The notes beneath the pieces are model-generated. The model saw only the letters and a list, made by a program, of their open reading frames with translations, ran no database searches and was not told where the DNA came from. 43,545 nt of DNA from Myxococcota bacterium (GTDB lineage: Bacteria; Myxococcota_A; UBA796; SXON01): assembly GCA_040386535.1 (NCBI GenBank), contig JAZKFH010000008.1, positions 1 through 43,545 on the forward strand. The letters run 5' to 3'. Positions 35,358-43,545 of the stretch are shown piece by piece. Position 1 is the stretch's first letter. Every line of letters starts with the position of its first letter. The position numbers and the translations under genes were made by a program.

Positions 35358-36019
35358 CATCCGGCCGTCTTCACCGCCTCGTAGTCGGCGAGCGTGCCGA
35401 TGTCGGTCCAGCGCCCGGTGTGCACCACGCCGCGCACCTTCCCCTCGGGCACCAACGCCCGGTAGGCCGTGCGGATGATGCACTGCTCGCCGGGCGGGAC
35501 GAGGTCGAGCACGTCGCGATGCAGAACGTGCACGCCGGTGAAGTGGAGCGCCGGATCGCCCGCGCCCACGACGTTCCCGATGCCGCGCACCACGCCGTCG
35601 ACCAGCGCCACGCCGGTGTGTACGGGGGTGGCCTGGGGCCGCAGCGCCATGACCGCGGGGGCGTCGACCGCCCAGAGCGCGCCGAGATCGATGTCGGAGA
35701 GGATGTCGCCGTTCACGATCACGAAGCGCTCGGCGAGGTGGGGCGCCGCGTTCTTCAGGCCGCCGCCAGTGCCGAGGACCGCGGGGGCCTCGACGATCAC
35801 GGTCACGCCGGGCTTGTCGCGCGCCCAGTCCACGATGGAGTCGGCGAGCCAGAACGTGTTGACCACCACTTCTTCGTGGCCGTGGCGCCGGAGGTGGTCG
35901 AGCACGTGGTCGAGCATCGGCCGCCCGGCCACGGGGAGGAGCGGCTTGGGCGTGGTCAGGGTGAGCGGGCGGAGGCGGGTGCCGAGGCCGGCGGCGAGGA
36001 CGAAGGCGGTGGCGGACAT
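35354..36019 (-). CDS. Sugar-phosphate nucleotidyltransferase (MurU-like)
   Basis: VLAAGLGTRLRPLT..PKPLL, LGTGGG, NGD and WTDIGT. Confidence 0.88.
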   Translation of the reverse strand: MSATAFVLAAGLGTRLRPLTLTTPKPLLPVAGRPMLDHVLDHLRRHGHEEVVVNTFWLADSIVDWARDKPGVTVIVEAPAVLGTGGGLKNAAPHLAERFVIVNGDILSDIDLGALWAVDAPAVMALRPQATPVHTGVALVDGVVRGIGNVVGAGDPALHFTGVHVLHRDVLDLVPPGEQCIIRTAYRALVPEGKVRGVVHTGRWTDIGTLADYEAVKTAGW

Positions 36020-36044
36020 GGGGTGCTTCCTAACGCCGGGGCGT

Positions 36045-36079
36045 ACGGATCCGCGGTCCGCCAACGGATCCGCGGTCCG
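36045..36079. repeat. 16-bp direct repeat x2 in a divergent intergenic region
   Basis: ACGGATCCGCGGTCCG at 36045-36060 and 36064-36079. Confidence 0.85.
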
Positions 36080-36180
36080 GGAGCGCGCGCCGAGGGGGCT
36101 CTCGATTGTTGGAGCTTCGCCCTGGACGAGCACAAAACCGTGCTGAAGTTGGCCCTCTCTCTCCACCCGAGGTCCGCCCG

Positions 36181-37863
36181 ATGGACACCCTCGCCTCCGT
36201 GCTCGTCGACAAGTTCACCCGCTCCGCGGACGCGACCGCCATGCACTACGAGGAGCACGGCGCGGCGGGCGCGGTGTGGACCTCGCAGACCTGGCGCGAG
36301 GCCGAGGCCCGCGTGGCGTCGACCGCCGAGGCGCTCCGGGCGCTCGGGGTCGGCCGGGGCGATCGGGTCGCCATCCTCGGCAACACGCATCCCCGCTGGC
36401 TCGAAGCCGACTTCGCCACCTTGTGCGTGGGCGGCGTGAGCGTCGGCATCTACCCGACGCTCCGGCCCGAAGCCGTGCGCTACCAGCTCGGCCACTCCGG
36501 CGCGAAGGTGCTGCTGGTCGAGTCCAAGGCCGACATGGACCGCCTCGCCGACGCGCTCAAAGACCTCCCCGAGCTCGCCGTGCGCCAATGGGACATCCCC
36601 ACAAAACCGGTCGACCTCGCCGCGTTCCGCGCCCGCGCCCGCGCCGTGCGCCCCGAGGAGCCGTGCGCGATCTTCTACACGTCCGGCACCACCGGCGATC
36701 CGAAGGGCGCGGTCATCACCCACGCCGCGATGATGTCGGTGTGCCGCGCGTCGCTCGAGCCGATGCCGATGTACGCGGGCGAGCGATCGATCGTGTTCCT
36801 TCCGCTCGCGCACTCCCTCCAGCGGATGGTCGCCTACCGCGGCCTCCTCGAGGACGTGAGCGCCCACTTCTGCCCGTCGATCGAGCGCATGACGGAGGTG
36901 TTGCCCCTCGCGCGCCCCTCTGTCATCGCGACGGTGCCGCGCATGCTGGAGAAGATCAAGGCGGGCATCGAGGCGCGCGTCGCCAAGAGCTCGCCGTTGC
37001 GGCAACGCCTGTTCGCCGCGGCCATCGGGGTGGGCCTCGACCGGTCGCGCGCGCTGGAGGACAAGCGTCCGGTGCCGCGCTTCACCGCGTGGAAGTGGGC
37101 CCTCGCGGACCGCTTCGTGTTCCGCAAGGTCCGCGCCAACTTCGGCGGAAACCTGCGCCTGTTCGCCGTCGGCGGCGCCCGGCTCGACGCCGGCGTGGGG
37201 CGCTTCTTCCACGCGATGGGCATCGCCGTGTGCGAGGCGTGGGGCCTCTCGGAGACCTGCGCGCCCGCCACGCTCAACAGCCCGAACGACTTTCGATTCG
37301 GCACCGTCGGCAAGCCGCTCGCGGGCACGGAGATCAAGCTCGAGGCCGACGGCGAGGTGCTCGTGCGCGGGCCGGGGCTGTTCTCCGGCTACTGGAGCGA
37401 CCCCGTCGCGACCGCCAACGCGTTCACCGAGGAGGGGTACTTCCGCACCGGCGACATCGGCGAGCTGGTCGACGGGTACCTCAAGATCGTCGACCGCAAG
37501 AAGGAGTTGCTCGTCACGAGCGGCGGCAAGAACATCCCGCCCGTGAACATCGAGAAGCGGCTGGAGGGCGGGATCGTGGGGCAGGCGGTCGTCATCGGGA
37601 GCGAGCGCCCCTACCTCGTGGCGCTGTTCGCCCCGGATCCCGACCACACCAAGGGGATGAGCCGCGACGAGCTCCGGGCGGCGGGCGAGGCGCGCGTGAA
37701 GGAGGCCAACGCGGCGCTCGCGCCCTTCGAGCAGATCAAGCGGTTCGCCTGGCTGCCGGCGCCGCTCTCGGTCGACAACGGGATGTTGACGCCGACGCTC
37801 AAGCTAAAGCGGCGGATGATCAACGAGGCGTACCAGGACGTGATCGACGGGCTTTACAGCTAG
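36181..37863 (+). CDS. Long-chain fatty acid--CoA ligase (AMP-binding)
   Basis: YTSGTTGDPKG, LPLAH, WGLSET, FRTGDIG, DRKKEL...GGKNI and LTPTLKLKR. Confidence 0.92.
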   Translation: MDTLASVLVDKFTRSADATAMHYEEHGAAGAVWTSQTWREAEARVASTAEALRALGVGRGDRVAILGNTHPRWLEADFATLCVGGVSVGIYPTLRPEAVRYQLGHSGAKVLLVESKADMDRLADALKDLPELAVRQWDIPTKPVDLAAFRARARAVRPEEPCAIFYTSGTTGDPKGAVITHAAMMSVCRASLEPMPMYAGERSIVFLPLAHSLQRMVAYRGLLEDVSAHFCPSIERMTEVLPLARPSVIATVPRMLEKIKAGIEARVAKSSPLRQRLFAAAIGVGLDRSRALEDKRPVPRFTAWKWALADRFVFRKVRANFGGNLRLFAVGGARLDAGVGRFFHAMGIAVCEAWGLSETCAPATLNSPNDFRFGTVGKPLAGTEIKLEADGEVLVRGPGLFSGYWSDPVATANAFTEEGYFRTGDIGELVDGYLKIVDRKKELLVTSGGKNIPPVNIEKRLEGGIVGQAVVIGSERPYLVALFAPDPDHTKGMSRDELRAAGEARVKEANAALAPFEQIKRFAWLPAPLSVDNGMLTPTLKLKRRMINEAYQDVIDGLYS

Positions 37864-37906
37864 TTCTTCGGGGGTGGCGTGCGCGTTCCGAAACACGACG
37901 CGCACG

Positions 37907-38034
37907 CCGCGCCAGGCGCCCGGAAGTCGGCCGCCCGGCGGCCGGTCCCCGCCGTCCGCGGCGGGACCAAGCGGCTTTGCCGCGCGACTGGAGGGGGCCG
38001 ACGGGGCCGCGTCCGCGCGGGCCCGGGGCGCCCA
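37907..38034 (-). repeat. Dispersed intergenic element, copy 1
   Basis: Reverse complement aligns with 42966-43154, including GGACGCGGCCCCGTCGG, GGTCCCGCCGCGGACGGCGGGGACCGGCCGCC and CCGACTTCCGGGCGCCTGGCGCGG. Confidence 0.88.
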
Positions 38035-38072
38035 TGGCCTTCGCCGGGCCCATGGCCCCTGCGGCGGCCCCG

Positions 38073-38621
38073 TCACCCCATCTGCAGCGCCAGCCCGAAC
38101 AGCGAGTTCGCCAGGCCCAGCGTCCCGACGCACCCGCAGCAGAGGACGAACATCACCAGCATCGCGACGGCGATGTAGATGAACGTCTTCTGGCCCGTCG
38201 CGTCCGTGTTGTACACGTCGACCTCGGCCTGGCCCACGGACTCCCCGCCGGTGACGGGCTTTCCCCACGCCTGGAGGAACGCGCGCACCTGCTCCTGGAC
38301 GGGCGGCCGGTCGACGTCGATGAACACGATGCGGTCCCCCGAGCCGTCGATGGAGAGGCGGGCGGTGTCCGCCGCGGTGCGCGGGAAGTGCGCCACCTGG
38401 ACGTTCGACCGCGCGCCCGCAAGCCGCGCGATGACCTCCCACCGATCGGTGCCGGCGGCCTGCTTCATGCGGATGACCAGCAGGCGCTCCTGGGTCAGGC
38501 CGACCTGCCACCAGGTACGTTCGAGGCCGTGACCTCGCTCCACCGTGCGCCCCTCGCCCGCGATCTGGGCGGTGACGACCTCTCCCGGGAGCAGCATGTC
38601 GGCGAAGGAGTTGTCGGCCAC
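38073..38621 (-). CDS. Hypothetical protein with C-terminal TM helix
   Basis: Host-like codon usage and hydrophobic IYIAVAMLVMFVLCCGC. GTG 38621 assumed as start. Confidence 0.7.
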   Translation of the reverse strand: MADNSFADMLLPGEVVTAQIAGEGRTVERGHGLERTWWQVGLTQERLLVIRMKQAAGTDRWEVIARLAGARSNVQVAHFPRTAADTARLSIDGSGDRIVFIDVDRPPVQEQVRAFLQAWGKPVTGGESVGQAEVDVYNTDATGQKTFIYIAVAMLVMFVLCCGCVGTLGLANSLFGLALQMG

Positions 38622-38722
38622 GGGTCCCCAAGGAGGGCGGCACCTTAGCACGCACGTAGGGGGCGTTACTGTCGCGTTTCTCGCTACGTGGTAGATCGGA
38701 GGGACGAGAGGGCTCCCCCCCG

Positions 38723-40222
38723 ATGCGCATCACCCTGGTCAACCCGCCGCTCGACTCGGTGCTCGCGAACGGGCACGTCAGCCCCGTCACGGCCTACCTC
38801 TTCTACAATTCGGCGCCGCTCGGCATCCTCTACATCGCGGCCGTCCTCGAGCAGACCGGGCACAAGGTGTTCGTGATCGACGCCGCGGCCGAGATGCTCG
38901 ACGTGCCCGGCACCGTGCGCGCGATCGACGCGACCCGCCCCGACGTGGTCGGCATCGGCTCCACCACGGTCGTGTTCGAGACCACCAAGATGCTCGGCGC
39001 CGCGCTCAAGAGCGCCCTGCCCGACATCCCGGTCGTGCTCGGCGGCTACCACGTCACGCTGCTGCCCGACGAGGCGATGAGCCACAGCTGCTTCGACGTG
39101 GGCGTGCTCTCCGAGGGCGAGCACACCATGGCGGATTTGTGTGACGCCTACGCCGGCCGCAAGTCGCTCGACGACGTGCAGGGCATCTGCTACCGCAAGC
39201 CCGACGGCGTGCTGCACTTCACGCCCTCGCGCCCGCGCTTCAAGGACCTCGACAAGCTGCCCTTCCCGGCGCGGCACCTGCTCCCGCAGGACCTGTACCG
39301 GCCCATCCCGATCGACGAGCACGCCTCGCCCAAGTTCGCGATGATGACCAGCCGCGGCTGTCCGCACGCGTGCGCGTTCTGCCAGAAGGCCAAGTCGGGC
39401 TACCGCAGCCACTCGCCCGAGTACATCGCGGACGAGGTCGAGCATCTCGCCCGTGACTTCGGCGCGCGCGACATCGCCTTCGTCGACTCGCTCTTCTGCG
39501 CCAGCAAGAAGCGCGTGATGGGCATCATGGACGAGTTCATCCGCCGCGACATCGCGAGCAAGGTCAGCTGGACCTGCAGCTCCCGCGTCGAGGTGGTCGA
39601 CAAGGAATTGCTCCAGCGCATGAAGGACGCCGGCTGCTGGCGCACGCGTTTCGGCATCGAGTCGGGCTCCGACCGCGTGCTCGACTTCATCTCCAAGGGC
39701 ATCACCAAGGAGAAGATCCGCGCGGCCGTCACGGCGGCGCACGAGGTCGGCTTGCGGCCCAAGGCTTTCTTCATCATCGGCCACATGCCCGACACGGCGG
39801 AGACCATCCGCGAGACCATCGATTTCGCCAAGACGATCCCGCTTCACGACGTGACGGTGCAGATCAACACCCTGCTCCCGAAGACCCCGCAGATGGAGAT
39901 CTGGGAGCGCGAAGGCAGCAAGTGGGGCCGGCTCATCAACGAGTCGACCGACGAGAAGAGCTTCTGGGAGCCGACCTTCGTGCCCTGGGGCCTCGAGCCC
40001 GAGGACATCGTGAGCTTCCACCGGCAGTTCTACCGCGAGTTCTACTTCCGCCCCATCACCATCGCGCGGCACCTCGAGACCATCAACAGCTGGCGCGACG
40101 TGTACAAGTACGCGTCGGCGTCGAGCCTGTTCTCGTTCCTGTTCTACAACGCCGAGAAGCCGAGCCTGAACATGCTCAAGTCGGCGTTCGGGATGGGCGC
40201 GACGGACGAGAACGCGGCGTAG
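38723..40222 (+). CDS. B12-binding radical SAM enzyme (class B methyltransferase-like)
   Basis: PLGILYIAAVL and VVLGGYH cobalamin domain. TSRGCPHACAFC cluster motif and GIESGS. Confidence 0.92.
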   Translation: MRITLVNPPLDSVLANGHVSPVTAYLFYNSAPLGILYIAAVLEQTGHKVFVIDAAAEMLDVPGTVRAIDATRPDVVGIGSTTVVFETTKMLGAALKSALPDIPVVLGGYHVTLLPDEAMSHSCFDVGVLSEGEHTMADLCDAYAGRKSLDDVQGICYRKPDGVLHFTPSRPRFKDLDKLPFPARHLLPQDLYRPIPIDEHASPKFAMMTSRGCPHACAFCQKAKSGYRSHSPEYIADEVEHLARDFGARDIAFVDSLFCASKKRVMGIMDEFIRRDIASKVSWTCSSRVEVVDKELLQRMKDAGCWRTRFGIESGSDRVLDFISKGITKEKIRAAVTAAHEVGLRPKAFFIIGHMPDTAETIRETIDFAKTIPLHDVTVQINTLLPKTPQMEIWEREGSKWGRLINESTDEKSFWEPTFVPWGLEPEDIVSFHRQFYREFYFRPITIARHLETINSWRDVYKYASASSLFSFLFYNAEKPSLNMLKSAFGMGATDENAA

Positions 40223-40237
40223 GCATCGGGATCTTTT

Positions 40238-40277
40238 CTTGGGGCGGGGGGCTCCGCCCCCCGCAACGCCCCCCGAG
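40238..40277. repeat. REP-like hairpin between convergent genes
   Basis: GCGGGGGG-CTCCG-CCCCCCGC stem-loop (40244-40264) inside outer CTTGGGG...CCCCGAG arms. Confidence 0.6.
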
Positions 40278-40304
40278 GCAGGCGGCGGCCGACCCTTCCT
40301 TCGG

Positions 40305-40907
40305 TCACGCCACCACGAAGCACCCGCCGACCAGCCCGCGCCCCTCTGCCAGCGCCTTCGTGACGGCTTCGGGGAGCAGGTCGAGCGTCTCCTCGAACCC
40401 CTCGGCTGCGCCGTAGTCCCGGATCCAGGCTTCACCGCGGTCGATGACCCGCTCGCGCTCCGCGCCGTCGAACTGAAGCGCCCGCACGAACGCGGCCCCC
40501 TTCGCCGAGAGCTCCTCCGGCGATAGCAGGAACGCCCATCCCTCCGGCAGGAGCCGATACCGCTCGGGGCCGATCGCGTACGCGAGCGCAGCGAGGGGCG
40601 GATAGCGTGGCCCCCACGCGTAATGCACGAAGGGCTCGCCCACCTGGTAGGGGCTCGACTCGTACGTGAGCAGGCGGTTGATGGGGCCGTGACGGCCGGG
40701 TTCGTGGAACGCGCGCGCGAAGGGTTCGAGCACGTCGTAGGGGTGGGCGGCGGCGGTGAGCACGTTCCCGCCGCGTTGCCAGAGGGCGAGGGCCGCTTCG
40801 CTCGTCGCCGTCGGGGACGCCCGCGGGGCCGCCATGTACACCGGCGCGATCGCCGCGTGCTCGTCGGCCGTGACGCGGCAGACGAGCCAGATGAAATCGA
40901 CACCCAT
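40305..40907 (-). CDS. Hypothetical protein
   Basis: 200-aa ORF from ATG 40907 with plausible composition. No motif recognised. Confidence 0.6.
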   Translation of the reverse strand: MGVDFIWLVCRVTADEHAAIAPVYMAAPRASPTATSEAALALWQRGGNVLTAAAHPYDVLEPFARAFHEPGRHGPINRLLTYESSPYQVGEPFVHYAWGPRYPPLAALAYAIGPERYRLLPEGWAFLLSPEELSAKGAAFVRALQFDGAERERVIDRGEAWIRDYGAAEGFEETLDLLPEAVTKALAEGRGLVGGCFVVA

Positions 40908-41041
40908 GGTCAGCAAGGGTAACGCGGGCTTCCGGGGCCGTGGCCCGCTGCTCCTCGGCTGACCCCACCGCGCGTGCGCCCTCGCCACGCATGGACGCCC
41001 CGCCCGTTCCAGAGCACACTCTCTCGCCTCCCGGAGCGCGC

Positions 41042-42946
41042 GTGACGACCTCCCCGACCTACGGCGTCCTCGGTCCTTTGAGCCTGCCCCTCGGCCTCGG
41101 CCTCCTCCGCCTCTCGACGGAGGGGCGCCCCGACGAGGCCGCGGCCATCGAGGTCATCCACCGCGCGCTCGACGCCGGCATCCGCGTGCTCGACACCGCG
41201 GACAGCTACGCGCTCGACGACAAGGACCTCCACTACGGAGAGCGGCTGGTGCACAAAGCGGTCGCGTCGTGGGGCGGGGACGCCGCCGCGGTGCGCATCG
41301 TGACCAAGGTGGGGATGGCGCGGCCGAAGGGGCGGTGGGTGCCCGCGGCGCGGCCCGAGCGGCTCCGCAAGGAGGTCGAGCGCAGCCTCACAGCGCTCGG
41401 GGGCGAGCCGATTTTCCTGTTGCTGCTGCACGGCAACGACCCGGCGGTCCCGTTCGAGGACCAGCTCGGGGCGCTCGCGGCGCTCCAGCGCGAGGGCAAG
41501 GTGCGCCACCTCGGGCTCTGCAACGTCGATGTGGCCGAGATCCGGCAGGCCCAGCGCCACTTCGATGTGGCCGCGATCCAGAACGAGCTGTCCGTGCTCA
41601 GCCGCGCCTCGGCCACGGACGGGACGCTCGCGCTCGCGGCGCAGCTCGGCATCCCGTTCCTGGCGCACCGGCCGCTCGGCGGCCACGCGAAGACCGAGGG
41701 CCTCCTGAAGAACCGCGCGATGAAGCCCCTCGCCGAGCGCCTCGGGGTCTCCCCGCACGAGGCGGCGCTCGCGACGCTGCTGGATGTCGGCCCGCCCGTG
41801 GTGGCCCTGTTCGGCGCCACGCGGCCCGAGCGTGTCGACGCCGCCGTGCGCGCGGCGGCCCTCCGCCTCGACGAACACGATCGGGCGCTGGTCCGCGCGA
41901 AGATCTCCTTCTCTGCCACGCCCGAGGCCGAGGCCAGCCTGATCCCGACCGCGCCGTCGCCGCGCCCGCTCGCGCCGGGGGCCGGTGCGGGCGCCGAGCC
42001 GGAGGTCGTCGTCGTGCTCGGGGTGCAGGGCGCGGGGAAGACCTCGCTGGTCGATGGGTACCTCGCCGCGGGGTACGCGCGTCTCAACCGGGACGTGCTC
42101 GGCGGCACCCTCGACGACCTCGTCCCCGCGCTCGCGGCGCACCTCGCGGCCGGGCAACAGCGCGTGGTGCTCGACAACACCTACCCCACGCGCGTGTCGC
42201 GCTGGGCGGTGATCCGGGCGGCGCACGCGGCGGGTGTGCCCGTCCGCGCGGTCCACATGGACACGCCGATGCGCGACGCGCTGATCAACGTCGTCCAGCG
42301 CGTGCTCGACCGCCACGGCCGGCTCCTCGGGCCTGACGAGATGAAGGCGCTCGCCAAGGAGGACCCCAACCTGCCGCCTCCCCAGGCGCTCTCGCGCTGG
42401 GCGGCGTCCTTCGAGCCGCCGTCGCTCGACGAGGGCTTCGCCGTGGTCGACATCGTGCCCTTCCAGCGGCGCCCGGGCCCCGTGATGGAGGGCGCACGCG
42501 CGCTCCTGCTCGACGTGGACGGCACGCTCCGCCGCACCCTGAGCGGCGAGAACTACCCCACGCACCCCGACGACATCGAGCTCCTCCCCGGCCGCACGGA
42601 GGTGCTCCGCCGCTGGGTGGACGAGGGGTACCGGCTCTACTTCGTCTCGAACCAGAGCGGCGTGGCCTCGGAGAAGGTCACCGACGAGGCGGTCCGGCGC
42701 TGCTTCGACCGCACCATCGAGCTCCTGGGCCTGCCCGTGGCGGGCGTGGCGTTCTGCCCGCACCCGGCGTTCCCGGCGGGCTGTTTCTGCCGCAAGCCCA
42801 TGCCGGGGCTCGGCATCCACCTCGCGCGCACGCACGGGTTCGATCCCGCCGGCGCCATCATGGTCGGGGACCTGGAGAGCGACGCGAAGTTCGCCGAGGC
42901 GATCGGGGCGCAGTACCGGACGGCGGAGGCCTTCTTCGGGGGGTGA
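41042..42946 (+). CDS. Fusion: aldo-keto reductase + PNK-like P-loop kinase + HAD-IIIA phosphatase
   Basis: AKR motifs LDTADSY, VTKVG, LLLHG, EGKVRHLG and QNELS. Kinase GVQGAGKTS, LNRD and VVLDNT. HAD LLDVDGTL, VSNQSG, CPH/CFCRKP and MVGDLESD. GGAG precedes GTG 41042. Confidence 0.85.
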   Translation: MTTSPTYGVLGPLSLPLGLGLLRLSTEGRPDEAAAIEVIHRALDAGIRVLDTADSYALDDKDLHYGERLVHKAVASWGGDAAAVRIVTKVGMARPKGRWVPAARPERLRKEVERSLTALGGEPIFLLLLHGNDPAVPFEDQLGALAALQREGKVRHLGLCNVDVAEIRQAQRHFDVAAIQNELSVLSRASATDGTLALAAQLGIPFLAHRPLGGHAKTEGLLKNRAMKPLAERLGVSPHEAALATLLDVGPPVVALFGATRPERVDAAVRAAALRLDEHDRALVRAKISFSATPEAEASLIPTAPSPRPLAPGAGAGAEPEVVVVLGVQGAGKTSLVDGYLAAGYARLNRDVLGGTLDDLVPALAAHLAAGQQRVVLDNTYPTRVSRWAVIRAAHAAGVPVRAVHMDTPMRDALINVVQRVLDRHGRLLGPDEMKALAKEDPNLPPPQALSRWAASFEPPSLDEGFAVVDIVPFQRRPGPVMEGARALLLDVDGTLRRTLSGENYPTHPDDIELLPGRTEVLRRWVDEGYRLYFVSNQSGVASEKVTDEAVRRCFDRTIELLGLPVAGVAFCPHPAFPAGCFCRKPMPGLGIHLARTHGFDPAGAIMVGDLESDAKFAEAIGAQYRTAEAFFGG

Positions 42947-42965
42947 GTGGCGGACGCGGTCCGAC

Positions 42966-43154
42966 TGGGCGCCCCGGGTCCGCGAGGACGCGGCCCCGTC
43001 GGTGCCCTCCAGTCCGCACGGTCCTCCCCCCGACCTCCAGTCGAGGGCGGCTTTCGCGCGCCTTCGGCAGCGCGGCGGAGCCGCTCGGTCCCGCCGCGGA
43101 CGGCGGGGACCGGCCGCCCGAGGCGGGCGTCCGACTTCCGGGCGCCTGGCGCGG
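42966..43154 (+). repeat. Dispersed intergenic element, copy 2 (with ~55-bp extra segment)
   Basis: Aligns to the reverse complement of 37907-38034. Extra sequence at about 43015-43069. Confidence 0.88.
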
Positions 43155-43402
43155 GGTTCGCTTGGATTTGCCCGGCGCGGTGAACTCTGGGGATGACGCC
43201 CCGTCGGTTTCAACGAGACGACCTGGGAAAAGCGCGAACAGGGCGTGCGCGCGGTGGTGAGCTGCCTCACGCTCGACGAGTGCTCCAGGATGGTCAGCCA
43301 CCGGATCCCCGCCTCTGACCCGGGTCGGCCGGCGGTGGGCGCCCGCCACGGAGCCCATGCCCGACTCCACCCAGGCCGGTCGGGGCCGGCGACGGCAGAT
43401 GC

Positions 43403-43430
43403 TGCACTGTGATGTCCCGAACACAGTGCA
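43403..43430. promoter_or_regulatory. Operator-like palindrome
   Basis: TGCACTGTG-N10-CACAGTGCA. Confidence 0.4.
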
Positions 43431-43545
43431 AACTTCCCCTGGCCCTGGCGTCCCACCGGCGATCCCGCCCTCGCTCGCCGGACGCTTCGTGCGTCCAGCG
43501 CGCCGAACTCGGGGGATGGCGCAGCATCCGGGCAGTTCGGCGCGT

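Noticed and set aside
36181..42946. Secondary-metabolite cluster (acyl-CoA ligase + B12 radical SAM + AKR)
   Set aside because: The genes alternate strands and are separated by repeats. No carrier protein, PKS/NRPS or precursor peptide was seen.
43197..43320. Coding-like fragment PVGFNETTWEKREQGVRAVVSCLTLDEC
   Set aside because: It follows an in-frame stop, has no good start, and I cannot assign a family. Too weak to call a pseudogene.
43403..43430. LexA SOS box
   Set aside because: The CTGT/ACAG spacing is 12 nt, not the 8 nt of the E. coli-type box.
1..43545. tRNA, rRNA, CRISPR array, integrase or prophage
   Set aside because: No such signatures were found by eye. A tRNAscan/cmscan run would be needed to exclude short RNAs.

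Overview
Very GC-rich bacterial chromosomal window of about 42 genes. The gene content suggests Myxococcota (inference): Asp/Cys-rich MopE-like repeat lipoproteins, DTG-rich linkers, tandem sigma-54 activators and a Tad pilus. In order it carries: a nitrilase-family amidase; two convergent repeat-rich surface lipoproteins; ahpC-ahpD-perR-like genes; a GT-C glycosyltransferase with two flippase-like genes; a core Tad/Flp pilus operon, whose 56-aa flp pilin is missing from the supplied ORF track; RNase D; a BtaA-like (DUF3419) gene; a kinase/sigma-54 regulator cascade; two ferredoxins; a FitAB-type toxin-antitoxin pair with a recognisable operator; YyaL; a divergent pair of uncharacterised genes (winged-helix-like protein plus a catalytically degenerate STAND/AAA-like protein); a GT2 and a nucleotidyltransferase; an acyl-CoA ligase; a B12 radical SAM enzyme; and a three-domain aldo-keto reductase / PNK-like kinase / HAD phosphatase fusion. 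Non-coding features include a ~130-bp element present twice in inverted orientation, a perfect 25-bp inverted repeat, REP-like hairpins and a (TCC)17 tract. I saw no rRNA, tRNA, CRISPR array, transposase or integrase. The best candidates for undescribed biology are the AKR-kinase-phosphatase fusion, the degenerate ATPase / wHTH pair and the dispersed intergenic element. All family calls come from reading motifs by eye, not from database searches.
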